Source: an uncultured Candidatus Saccharibacteria bacterium (GTDB taxonomy: Bacteria; Patescibacteriota; Minisyncoccia; Phycocordibacterales; UBA2100). Taken from it: 32,117 nucleotides of DNA. Made by a program: the position numbers and the translations under genes. Positions within the stretch are counted from its first letter, which is position 1. Each line of letters opens with the position of its first letter. The stretch is from contig CAZFMA010000027.1 in NCBI GenBank assembly GCA_964520015.1, positions 1-32,117 of the forward strand, given 5' to 3'. Below the pieces are notes generated by a model. That model made no database searches and was not told where the DNA came from. It was given only the letters and a program-made list of their open reading frames with translations. Shown piece after piece: positions 15,005 through 26,393 of the stretch.

Positions 15005-15598
15005 ATGAGGAGAAAAAAAACACAGACTGCGGGGTTCACGCTTGTTGAGATGATTGTCGCTGTCGCGCTTTTCTCTGTGGTTATGCTCGTTTCCGTAAGC
15101 ACTCTTCTCGCACTCGTAAATGCAAATCGCAAAGCACAGGCACTGCAATCAGTCATCAACAACCTCAACATTGCTCTCGACGGCTTAGTGCGCTCGGCCA
15201 GAATGGGCAGTATCTACCATGGGGCTGATGCGGAAAATGGCGCGTGCAGCAATCACGACTATACGAATCCGCAAGACTGTTCGGATGGCGGCGCAATTTT
15301 TGCTTTCAAACCCTACGGCAGCACTCAATCGGATCCGCCCTGGATTTATGAATTTGATTCGGAGACGCACACGATCAAGAAATCGGTAAACGGCACGACG
15401 ATTGATGCCGCGCCGATTACTGCCCCAGAAGTAACCATCGATGACATGAAGTTCTACGTCGTTGGTACGACCGCAGGCGACGCCATTCAACCCAAGGTAG
15501 TGATAATCATCAAGGGAAGCGCGGGAGCTCTCGGCACCACCGCCCGTACGACGTTCCATATTCAGGCAACGGCAGTACAAAGATCATTGGATATATGA
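15005..15598 (+). CDS. Minor pilin / pseudopilin
   Basis: MRRKKTQTAG/FTLVEMIVAVAL. The start is 1 nt after the previous stop. The longer ORF-track start is rejected. Confidence 0.75.
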   Translation: MRRKKTQTAGFTLVEMIVAVALFSVVMLVSVSTLLALVNANRKAQALQSVINNLNIALDGLVRSARMGSIYHGADAENGACSNHDYTNPQDCSDGGAIFAFKPYGSTQSDPPWIYEFDSETHTIKKSVNGTTIDAAPITAPEVTIDDMKFYVVGTTAGDAIQPKVVIIIKGSAGALGTTARTTFHIQATAVQRSLDI

Positions 15599-15663
15599 AA
15601 AAAAGAGGATTTACCCGGTCAGTGAAGTTTGCCGTAGGCGGGCCCAATACGATGTAAAGTAAT

Positions 15664-16305
15664 ATGCGAACTTTTTATGACACAATTCGAGACAGCTTTC
15701 GTCTCTCGCCGCGGCGCAAAAGCCCCGCAACGGCAAACTCTACTGCGGGGTTCACACTCATAGAAACCCTCGTCGCGATCTCTCTTCTTACCGTTTCCAT
15801 TGTTGCTCCGATGGCGCTCACTTCCCAGAGCCTGGCAGCGGCATACTTCTCCCGCGACCAGATCACGGCATACCATCTTGCTCAGGAAGCGATTGAAGCA
15901 ATGCGAAGTATTCGTGATGCTCAGATTCTGCAAATCGCACTCGGCCTCGGCGGCTCCTCCATTGATATTTTTGATCCCTCCATTATTCCTATCAGCAGTT
16001 CCGGTTCGGATAATCCGTTTCGAATCGACGCTCGGCAACTCGATCCCGCGCAAGCAATTACCCGCTGCGCGCTTGATCCGGGCAGCGTGTGTGCACCACT
16101 CCAGACCGATGGCACATTGTATGGATACGATCCAAGTTGGGCAGCGACCCACTTTACGCGGACAGTACGCGTCTCCTCCATTGGTCCTGATGAGTTTCGT
16201 GTGACCGTTACAATCACATGGAAAACCGGCGCATACAAGATCCGCACCTTCAACATTTCCGAGAATATGTATCGCTGGATCAATGACGGTGTAAGCGAAT
16301 CATAA
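15664..16305 (+). CDS. Minor pilin / pseudopilin
   Basis: Long leader, then AG/FTLIETLVAISLL. Confidence 0.7.
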   Translation: MRTFYDTIRDSFRLSPRRKSPATANSTAGFTLIETLVAISLLTVSIVAPMALTSQSLAAAYFSRDQITAYHLAQEAIEAMRSIRDAQILQIALGLGGSSIDIFDPSIIPISSSGSDNPFRIDARQLDPAQAITRCALDPGSVCAPLQTDGTLYGYDPSWAATHFTRTVRVSSIGPDEFRVTVTITWKTGAYKIRTFNISENMYRWINDGVSES

Positions 16306-16307
16306 CC

Positions 16308-19210
<2,903 letters not shown>

Positions 19211-19212
<2 letters not shown>

Positions 19213-19228
19213 TATGATATATCATACT
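19211..19228. promoter_or_regulatory. 18-bp perfect palindrome AGTATGATATATCATACT between gatC and gatA
   Basis: Exact self-complement. It contains TGATATAT/TATCAT -10-like hexamers on both strands and ends 10 nt before the gatA ATG. Confidence 0.4.
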
Positions 19229-19238
19229 CGAATTTCTT

Positions 19239-20660
19239 ATGGATCTTTCTAAATTGACGATTTCTGAGGCGCGTCGAGCGCTCGATGCGAAGGAATGTTC
19301 CGCGCTCGATCTCACGAATGCGTATCTGGAGGCGATAGAAAAAAAAGACGGAGACATCCATGCATACCTTGAAGTGTGGGCGGATTCTGCGCGAGCCGAG
19401 GCCAAAACGGCTGATGCAATGATAGCGGCGGGAAAATCAATGCCACTTACCGGCATCCCGCTCGCCATCAAAGACAATATGTTGATTGAGGGACGTATTG
19501 TAAGCGCAGGATCAAAAATTCTCGAAAAGTATCGCGCATCGTATGACGCGACTGTCATTCAAAAACTCAAAGCGCAGGGCGCTATCTTTCTTGGCCGCAC
19601 TAATATGGACGAATTTGCGATGGGAAGTTCCACCGAAAATTCGGCATATGGGCCGACTAAGAATCCTCGTGATGTAAGACGAGTACCTGGCGGCTCATCC
19701 GGCGGTTCTGCTGCAGCAGTTGCGGGCAATCTCGCTCTCGCCGCGCTCGGGAGCGATACGGGTGGTTCCATTCGTCAACCTGCGTCTTTGTGTGGCATAG
19801 TCGGTCTCAAACCGACGTACGGTGCGGTGTCTCGCTATGGGCTTATGGCACTCGCTTCTTCACTCGATCAAATCGGCCCCCTTACGAAGACCGTTGAGGA
19901 TTCAAAAATGCTTTACGACGCCATTCATGGGCACGATGCTATGGACTCTACATCATTGCCGGATGTGATGATGGAACGCATGAATATAAAAAAGATATCA
20001 AAGGTTGTTGGTGTGCCGCGGGCTTTCCTCAAGGAGGGGAGCGACCCTGATACGTTGGAGCGTTTTGAATCGGCGCTTACGGGTCTACAAGAAAAGGGGT
20101 ATGAAATACGAGATATCGAATTACCAAATCTACAATACGCTCTTGCTGTCTACTATGTCATTCAGCCAGCTGAAGCCTCGACGAATCTTGCGCGGTATGA
20201 TGGTATTCGATATGGACTTTCGGTTTCGGCTGACGATATTGGGAGTGTCTACTCTCAAACTCGTGGTGCCGGTTTTGGCCCCGAATCGCGGCGTCGCATC
20301 CTCATCGGCACCTTCGTTCTTTCATCAGGGTATGTCGATGCGTATTATCGAAAAGCTCGAGCGGTACGCGAGCTGATTCGGGCGGATTTTGTAAAAGCCT
20401 TTAAAACTGTCGACGCTATCGCTCTTCCGACAACACCCGATGCCGCATTCACCTTTGGTTCCAAAGCAAGTCCCCTCGCGATGTACGCTGAAGATATCTT
20501 CACAGTACCGGTAAATCTCGCGGGAGTGCCTGCCATATCAGTGCCATCGGGAGAAGTGGTGCGCGACGGCGTCAAACTTCCCGTAGGTTTTCAGATCATC
20601 GGAGCGTGGGGGAGAGAGGAATCTTTGTTTACAATCGCCAAGGATATCGAACGAGCATAA
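19239..20660 (+). CDS. gatA: Asp/Glu-tRNA amidotransferase subunit A
   Basis: Amidase signature GGSSGGSAAAVA and DTGGSIRQPA. 473 aa. Confidence 0.92.
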   Translation: MDLSKLTISEARRALDAKECSALDLTNAYLEAIEKKDGDIHAYLEVWADSARAEAKTADAMIAAGKSMPLTGIPLAIKDNMLIEGRIVSAGSKILEKYRASYDATVIQKLKAQGAIFLGRTNMDEFAMGSSTENSAYGPTKNPRDVRRVPGGSSGGSAAAVAGNLALAALGSDTGGSIRQPASLCGIVGLKPTYGAVSRYGLMALASSLDQIGPLTKTVEDSKMLYDAIHGHDAMDSTSLPDVMMERMNIKKISKVVGVPRAFLKEGSDPDTLERFESALTGLQEKGYEIRDIELPNLQYALAVYYVIQPAEASTNLARYDGIRYGLSVSADDIGSVYSQTRGAGFGPESRRRILIGTFVLSSGYVDAYYRKARAVRELIRADFVKAFKTVDAIALPTTPDAAFTFGSKASPLAMYAEDIFTVPVNLAGVPAISVPSGEVVRDGVKLPVGFQIIGAWGREESLFTIAKDIERA

Positions 20661-20665
20661 TATAA

Positions 20666-20798
20666 CCCATACACCAACATTGGCATTGTTTCTTACTGCG
20701 CCCCCTATCTGGGTCCAGAAGATGGTTATAGATGCAGGCGGCATGGCTTCTCTCCACTAGAAGGTTGAAACGCAGTGATGCCAATGTTGGTGTCGGGG
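20666..20798. mobile_element. Family-2 inverted-repeat element, copy B
   Basis: The 21-nt ends CCCATACACCAACATTGGCAT and ATGCCAATGTTGGTGTCGGGG match at 19 of 21 positions (16 perfect), with a 91-nt spacer. TATAA is repeated at 20661-20665 and 20799-20803. Confidence 0.65.
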
Positions 20799-20834
20799 TA
20801 TAATCCTAGAATGGAACCGACTACAGGAGGCTCA

Positions 20835-21515
20835 ATGGGATGGGCGCTTTGGTTTATAGGTGAAGTAGCATTCAAATGGATACCGGGCGCTGTCGTGACC
20901 GTTGCCGGGACCGGAGCGCCTCTTCCTGAAGGTGTCGCTTCTCCTGTTACCACTGTAATCACTCAGCCGGTAAGTGCACCAGAAATCGTCCAGTACCTCC
21001 AGCTCGCCTCTGCACCGGGAGTATATGAGACGCTTTTTCAAAAATGGAGCGTCTTTGTCGCGATCTCGCTTTTGGTTTCGCTCTGTCTCGCCGCGATTAT
21101 CATTTACTGCGGTATCCGTGTTTTCCAGATCCGCCAGATCGAGCGACGTCGATTCGCCGCAGCGCAGAACACTGTTGTTGCGCACGATGTGCCGAAAACC
21201 CAATTACGATGGAGGCGGATTCTGGAACAAGCGAAGTCAGATTCTGAAAAATCTGCTCGTCTTGCGATCCTCGAAGCCGACATCATGCTCAACGAACTTC
21301 TCGATGTGCGCGGGTATAGGGGAGAGACGATGGCGGATAAGATGCGCGGTGTCGACAGGGCGACATTCAATACGATCGACCTCGCATGGGAGGCACACAA
21401 GATTCGAAACAAAATCGCTCACGAAGGCGACGCGCATCGCATCAGCACGCGCGAAGCGCGCCGCGTCATCGCGCTCTACGAGAGAGTTTTCAGGGAGTTC
21501 AATTTTATCCAATAA
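20835..21515 (+). CDS. Membrane protein of unknown function
   Basis: I prefer ATG 20835, 4 nt after AGGAGG, one of the few SD-like sites in the window. Central TM helix (VFVAISLLVSLCLAAIIIYCGI) and a helical C-terminal domain with AHKIRNKIAHEG. Confidence 0.55.
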   Translation: MGWALWFIGEVAFKWIPGAVVTVAGTGAPLPEGVASPVTTVITQPVSAPEIVQYLQLASAPGVYETLFQKWSVFVAISLLVSLCLAAIIIYCGIRVFQIRQIERRRFAAAQNTVVAHDVPKTQLRWRRILEQAKSDSEKSARLAILEADIMLNELLDVRGYRGETMADKMRGVDRATFNTIDLAWEAHKIRNKIAHEGDAHRISTREARRVIALYERVFREFNFIQ

Positions 21516-21835
21516 CTATGCTGGGGTTGGTACTAAAATACGTATTCAAAAAATTGGTACATTACTACCGAATCATCCGTTTGAAGTGGTTTTTTTGGAC
21601 GGGACTGTCTATAAAACTCAGCTTTGCCGGCCCTCTTTAGTAAAGGCAAAACAAAAAACTATCCGCTCACACGGGATTTTCTCTATCAATAAACGGCTTC
21701 TTCGGCTAATGCTGTTGCAGGTACCCGACTTGCACCAGTGCAAGTCCCGTGCCCTTGTCCGTGGCTCAAAGTATGGGCTATTGCCTTTTCTCATAAAATC
21801 TAATAGAATCTAATACGTTAGAAATAGTAGCAAAT

Positions 21836-22918
21836 ATGCCAGAAGAGCAACCTAAATTCGATCATCGTGTCACAAATCCCGATCCTCATATCGTGGCACT
21901 TTTGGCGTCCATAGATGAGATGAGAGGCGTATTTCGCGTCGGTTTGCGCATGACACCGCAGGCCATTACCAGTCTGCGCAGGTCAGTCTTAATAACCTCA
22001 GCCGGTTCCTCAACCCGCATTGAAGGAGCAAGGCTCTCTGATGAGGAAGTGAGAAAAATAATGCAGGGACTCAAAATTCAAAAGTTTGCCGATCGCGATT
22101 CGCAGGAAGTGCAAGGTTATCTCGAAACGCTTCAAAACGTATTTGAGGATTACAAGACGATGCCGCTTCGCGATGGGATGATTAAGTCGCTCCATAAGGA
22201 ACTCCTCAAGTATTCAACGAAGGATGATGTGCATCGCGGCGACTGGAAGCAAAAGGAAAACGTTGTGGGCATCTTCGATAAGGATGGGCAGGTCGCTCGA
22301 ATCATGTTCGAGACAACGCCCGCATATCTTACGGGAAAAGAAATGACGGAACTCCTCGACTGGACGTATGAGGCCCTCGAAAAGGAGCGCTTCCATCCGC
22401 TTCTCATACTAGCGAATTTCATCATCGAGTTTCTGAGAATTCATCCGTTTGAAGACGGCAACGGGCGACTCTCCCGCGTCCTCTCAAATCTCTTGCTTCT
22501 GCGCTCTGGCTACACATTCGTAGAGTACGTGTCGCACGAACAGATCATCGAGGCTCGAAAGGACGAATATTATTTCGCACTGCGCGCATCGCAAGAAACG
22601 TTCAAGTCGCAAAAGAAGCCTGTAGGAGACAGGGAGACGATTGCGCCATGGCTCAACTTCTTTCTCTCTGTCGTGAAGAAACAGGCCGCAGATGCGATAG
22701 CGCTCATCGAGGATGAGACACAGGGGGATATGTTGTCGCCAAAACAAAAAGCGGTCTTCGAATACCTCTCAAAAGTGCGTGAGGGGATCCGCATGGAGAT
22801 CGCTAGAGCGACCGGTATTCTTTTGCCGACGGTAAGTAAGGCTCTTGAGCGGCTAGTTGAACTTGGAAAGATCAAGCGCCTAGGTCGCGGCCGCGCGACG
22901 CGGTATCAGAAAATCTGA
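21836..22918 (+). CDS. Fic-family protein (AMPylase-type) with C-terminal winged-helix domain
   Basis: Fic motif HPFEDGNGRLSR. The N-terminal STRIEG matches the (S/T)xxxE(G/N) auto-inhibitory helix motif. The C-terminal HTH-like region ends in RLGRGRATRYQK. Confidence 0.88.
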   Translation: MPEEQPKFDHRVTNPDPHIVALLASIDEMRGVFRVGLRMTPQAITSLRRSVLITSAGSSTRIEGARLSDEEVRKIMQGLKIQKFADRDSQEVQGYLETLQNVFEDYKTMPLRDGMIKSLHKELLKYSTKDDVHRGDWKQKENVVGIFDKDGQVARIMFETTPAYLTGKEMTELLDWTYEALEKERFHPLLILANFIIEFLRIHPFEDGNGRLSRVLSNLLLLRSGYTFVEYVSHEQIIEARKDEYYFALRASQETFKSQKKPVGDRETIAPWLNFFLSVVKKQAADAIALIEDETQGDMLSPKQKAVFEYLSKVREGIRMEIARATGILLPTVSKALERLVELGKIKRLGRGRATRYQKI

Positions 22919-22921
22919 CCT

Positions 22922-25042
22922 ATGTTTTCGCGAGAAGAGCGGGTCGAGATTTTCAGATCCCTCTTCAGGGGGCGCGAAGACGTGTTTGCACGACGATGGG
23001 AGAAGTGGAGTGGTGGTGTGAGCGGATATGCGCCCATGTATGCGGATCAAGATAAGGAATCATACGCCCCGCTCACGACAGGATGGATTGAGAAACACCT
23101 CATTGGTACTGCAACACTTGGAGCATATCCGTTGCTTAAGGACAATACGTCACTTTTCATCGTCGCTGATTTCGATGGAGATAGCTGGCGCAAGGCCGTC
23201 CAGAAATTTCTTGATGTGTGCAAAAAGCACGAACTCCATGTTGCCGTAGAGCGATCGCGTTCCGGAAAAGGCGCACATGTGTGGTGCTTTTTCTCTGCAT
23301 CATATCCTGCATACAAAAGCCGCCGCATTTTCCTCGCACTGCTGCGCGAAGCAGGATGCATTGACCCGCTGGAAAAGAACGAGGGATTCGACCGTCTGTT
23401 TCCGAATCAGGACTACTTGTCAGGTAAAGGACTTGGAAATCTCATCGCGCTGCCACTTCAGGGAGAATCGAGAAAGCGTGGCAACACTGTTTTCCTCGAT
23501 CCGGACAACAATTTTAATATCGTAGCCGACCAATGGCAATACCTACATGATATCCCGCGGGCTAGTATGGAGGAGCTTGACCATCTAGCGAGTCTGGACT
23601 TTCCTGCAGAAGAAAAGTCTCCCTCGAAACCCGCCCGCTTTGGTAAGACACTTGTTCTGACGCTCGAAAGCACGATTTCAATCCCCAAAAACATTCTGCC
23701 ACCCCACCTCGCTTCGTTCTTGCGGGAAGAACTCAACATTCTCAATATCGGCTACATCGTCAAAGAACGTGCGGGTCTGCCGACCTATGGCGAAAAGAAA
23801 TTTATCAAGACGCTGGAACAGACCGCCGACGCAATTCTCGTACCCCGCAGGTTCCTCAAAAGTCTCTATGCATGGCTCGACGAACGAAAAATCAAATATC
23901 GCATCATCGATAATCGATTGACGCTCGACCCTGTCGGGCTCCGGTCCACGCACACTATGCTGTCCTATCAGGAATCGGCAGTAGCCGCCTTTGATTCAAA
24001 GGAGCAAGGAATTCTCGTAGCCCCTGCAGGCGCGGGAAAAACATTTATGGGACTTGAAATCATCGCGCGGAAAAAGCAACCTGCGATAATTCTGACGCAC
24101 CGCAGACAGATATACGACCAGTGGCTGGAGCGAGTCGAGCATGGCTTTGGAATTCCTAAAACCAAGATCGGACAAATCGGCGGAGTGAAGAAAAATCCAA
24201 GCCAACCGATCACAGTCGCTATGGTACAAACACTCGCGCGTATGAAAGACATACATACGATCGCGGCTCAATTCGGCATGGTTCTTATTGACGAATGTCA
24301 CCATATGCCATCACGGATGTTCCGCGATGTGATTTCGAAATTCCCTGCACGGTATCGATTCGGACTCACCGCGACTCCATCGCGTAAGTATAATGACGAG
24401 AAATTAATTGGAGCATATCTTGGAGAGATTATTCACACGATCGACAAGGCAGAGATGCAAAGAGTTCCACAATCGCACGAACAAGTAGAGGACAGCGATG
24501 CAGTCGTCGTGAGGACGACAAGTCTTGCAACGCCATTCGGTACCTCGTCCCGTGATTTTCAACTTATATCGAAAGTACTTTCAAGCGACGCAAACCGAAA
24601 CGCGCTGATCGCCGCGGATATCGCGCGTGAGGCGCGGGAAGGCAGGAAATGTCTCGTGCTCACGGAGCGCAAGGAGCATGCGGAAATGCTTCGGGCATAT
24701 TTGCGACGCGATTTCGAGACAATCATGTTTTCCGGCGACCTGTCATCACGGCAACGCGCCTTCGCGCTGCAAAAAATAAAAGGTGGGAGGTTCCGTATCC
24801 TGATCGCGACGGGACAAATTCTGGGAGAAGGGGCAGACATAGCAGATCTTGAAGTTCTCTTTCTCGCATTTCCAGTTTCATTCCACGGCAAGCTTGCGCA
24901 ATATATCGGGCGTATTCGCAGGGAGGGAGGTGCCAAGAAAGTCTATGATTACCGGGATGCGGACGTACCGATCCTCGAAAAACTCTGGAAGAAACGAGCA
25001 ACGTATTATCGTAAGAACGATTTCGCAATAGAGGGTGTGTAA
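22922..25042 (+). CDS. Archaeo-eukaryotic primase (prim-pol) domain fused to an SF2 DEAD/DEAH-type helicase
   Basis: The N-terminus has FRGREDVFARRWE, ADFDGD (DxD) and SRSGKGAHVW (sGxGxH). Helicase motifs are APAGAGKT (I), LIDECHH (II), GLTATP (III) and QYIGRIRR (VI). It starts 3 nt after the Fic stop. Confidence 0.85.
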   Translation: MFSREERVEIFRSLFRGREDVFARRWEKWSGGVSGYAPMYADQDKESYAPLTTGWIEKHLIGTATLGAYPLLKDNTSLFIVADFDGDSWRKAVQKFLDVCKKHELHVAVERSRSGKGAHVWCFFSASYPAYKSRRIFLALLREAGCIDPLEKNEGFDRLFPNQDYLSGKGLGNLIALPLQGESRKRGNTVFLDPDNNFNIVADQWQYLHDIPRASMEELDHLASLDFPAEEKSPSKPARFGKTLVLTLESTISIPKNILPPHLASFLREELNILNIGYIVKERAGLPTYGEKKFIKTLEQTADAILVPRRFLKSLYAWLDERKIKYRIIDNRLTLDPVGLRSTHTMLSYQESAVAAFDSKEQGILVAPAGAGKTFMGLEIIARKKQPAIILTHRRQIYDQWLERVEHGFGIPKTKIGQIGGVKKNPSQPITVAMVQTLARMKDIHTIAAQFGMVLIDECHHMPSRMFRDVISKFPARYRFGLTATPSRKYNDEKLIGAYLGEIIHTIDKAEMQRVPQSHEQVEDSDAVVVRTTSLATPFGTSSRDFQLISKVLSSDANRNALIAADIAREAREGRKCLVLTERKEHAEMLRAYLRRDFETIMFSGDLSSRQRAFALQKIKGGRFRILIATGQILGEGADIADLEVLFLAFPVSFHGKLAQYIGRIRREGGAKKVYDYRDADVPILEKLWKKRATYYRKNDFAIEGV

Positions 25043-25132
25043 AGTGATCACGACCTCAATTCATCTCAATAGATGCTTGCGGAGTTGCTTTTATGTGATA
25101 TTCTCCATTAATAATAGTTAATAAGTATTGCT

Positions 25133-25378
25133 ATGACAAACAGCACTATCATACCTGTCTCGATGCCACATCGCATGGCGGCTATAGTCGATGTGCGAGC
25201 ACGGAGACTTGCGATGACACGCTCGGAGTATATCCGCACACTCGTTAGGCGCGAAGTTGAGGGAGGTGAGTCGCACGGTGCGACCGTAGCACGCGCACTA
25301 CAAGTCGCGGCGCATGAGCTCAAGGCAGGCAAGGCGCGCGTTCTCAAGAGTGGCGGACTCTCCGCGATGCTGAAGTAA
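25133..25378 (+). CDS. Ribbon-helix-helix (CopG-like) antitoxin
   Basis: 81 aa. IPVSMPHRMAAIVDVRARRLAMTRSEYIRTLV fits a beta-strand plus two helices. The stop is 1 nt before the toxin ATG. Confidence 0.7.
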   Translation: MTNSTIIPVSMPHRMAAIVDVRARRLAMTRSEYIRTLVRREVEGGESHGATVARALQVAAHELKAGKARVLKSGGLSAMLK

Positions 25379-25379
25379 T

Positions 25380-25649
25380 ATGCGGCCGGTAGCCATCATC
25401 CTCTATTCATCACATTTTCGTCGACGGTTCAAAAAATTGGATACTACCCTTGCGAGCGAAGTAGCCGCACGTGAAAGACAATTTCGTGCGGACTGTTTTC
25501 ATCCATCGCTCGACACGCATAAGCTGAGCGGAAAACTCAAGGGATTTTGGTCGTTTTCGATCACTCGGAAATACCGCGTCATGTTTCAGTTCCTCTCGGC
25601 GCACGAAGTGTACTTTGTCGATGTGGATGATCACGACCTATACCGATGA
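25380..25649 (+). CDS. RelE/ParE-superfamily toxin
   Basis: 89 aa with HPSLDTHKLSGKLKGFWSFSITRKYRVMFQF, typical of RelE/YafQ-like mRNA interferases. Confidence 0.7.
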   Translation: MRPVAIILYSSHFRRRFKKLDTTLASEVAARERQFRADCFHPSLDTHKLSGKLKGFWSFSITRKYRVMFQFLSAHEVYFVDVDDHDLYR

Positions 25650-25766
25650 GATGCCGGGTTCACTCGTAATATTTGCTTACCTTTGTATTGCTGTCCGTAC
25701 GATATATGTCCTTTGAAAAATTGTAGAGGTTTTTAAGAAGTGTCACCTGCGCTTCTGGAGAAAGCG

Positions 25767-26384
25767 CTAGGAAACGTTTACGGATTTCGGAGAAGCAGGG
25801 CCATATGCACACTTTATTAACACGCCTCGCGTTTTTCTGGAATATTGAGAACGAATCCAATCATAGTTTTTTACGGCCGCTAAAGCTTCTAGATTTGCAG
25901 GATCGGTAACCATCTTCCCTGCTTCTTCTAAGGTCATCCATTTCGTGTCGAGAAACTCCTGCGGATCAATAGTAGAACCGCTTCCATCGGTAGGAACTAA
26001 GTACCAAACATCATAATGCGTTTTGCACGACTGAACTTTGTTTTCGATCCGCGTAATCGTAAGAAGGAATGGTGTTGGTGCTTCCTTGAAAAGATCTTTG
26101 ACCCCAAGCTCCTCATCAATTTCTCGATTCAATGCTTCCAAAAGCGTCTCTCCCTCATCAATGTGACCTCCGGGCGAAATCCAAAGACCTGACTTCTTGT
26201 GGTAAACAATAAATACCTTCTTCGCACCAGGGTCAAATGGAAGAAAATACGCGCAAAAATGACTGGTAGGATTTTTGTCTCGTGTTGGCAGGCCTTCAAT
26301 CAGTCTCAGCTGGAAAGCCTTGTAAGTACTCTTGTCGCAAAGAGAGTAGCCTATGACATTTGTGATTGATCTTATTGTTTCCAT
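25767..26384 (-). CDS. Nudix hydrolase
   Basis: Nudix box GGHIDEGETLLEALNREIDEELG. It starts 9 nt after the Pif1-like stop. The C-terminal 30 aa are of doubtful quality. Confidence 0.8.
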   Translation of the reverse strand: METIRSITNVIGYSLCDKSTYKAFQLRLIEGLPTRDKNPTSHFCAYFLPFDPGAKKVFIVYHKKSGLWISPGGHIDEGETLLEALNREIDEELGVKDLFKEAPTPFLLTITRIENKVQSCKTHYDVWYLVPTDGSGSTIDPQEFLDTKWMTLEEAGKMVTDPANLEALAAVKNYDWIRSQYSRKTRGVLIKCAYGPASPKSVNVS

Positions 26385-26393
26385 GGAATTCGC

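Noticed and set aside
25660-25860. 66-aa minus-strand ORF overlapping the 3' end of the Nudix gene
   Set aside because: No recognisable motif. It may indicate a frameshift in the Nudix tail, but the evidence is too thin to call a gene or pseudogene.
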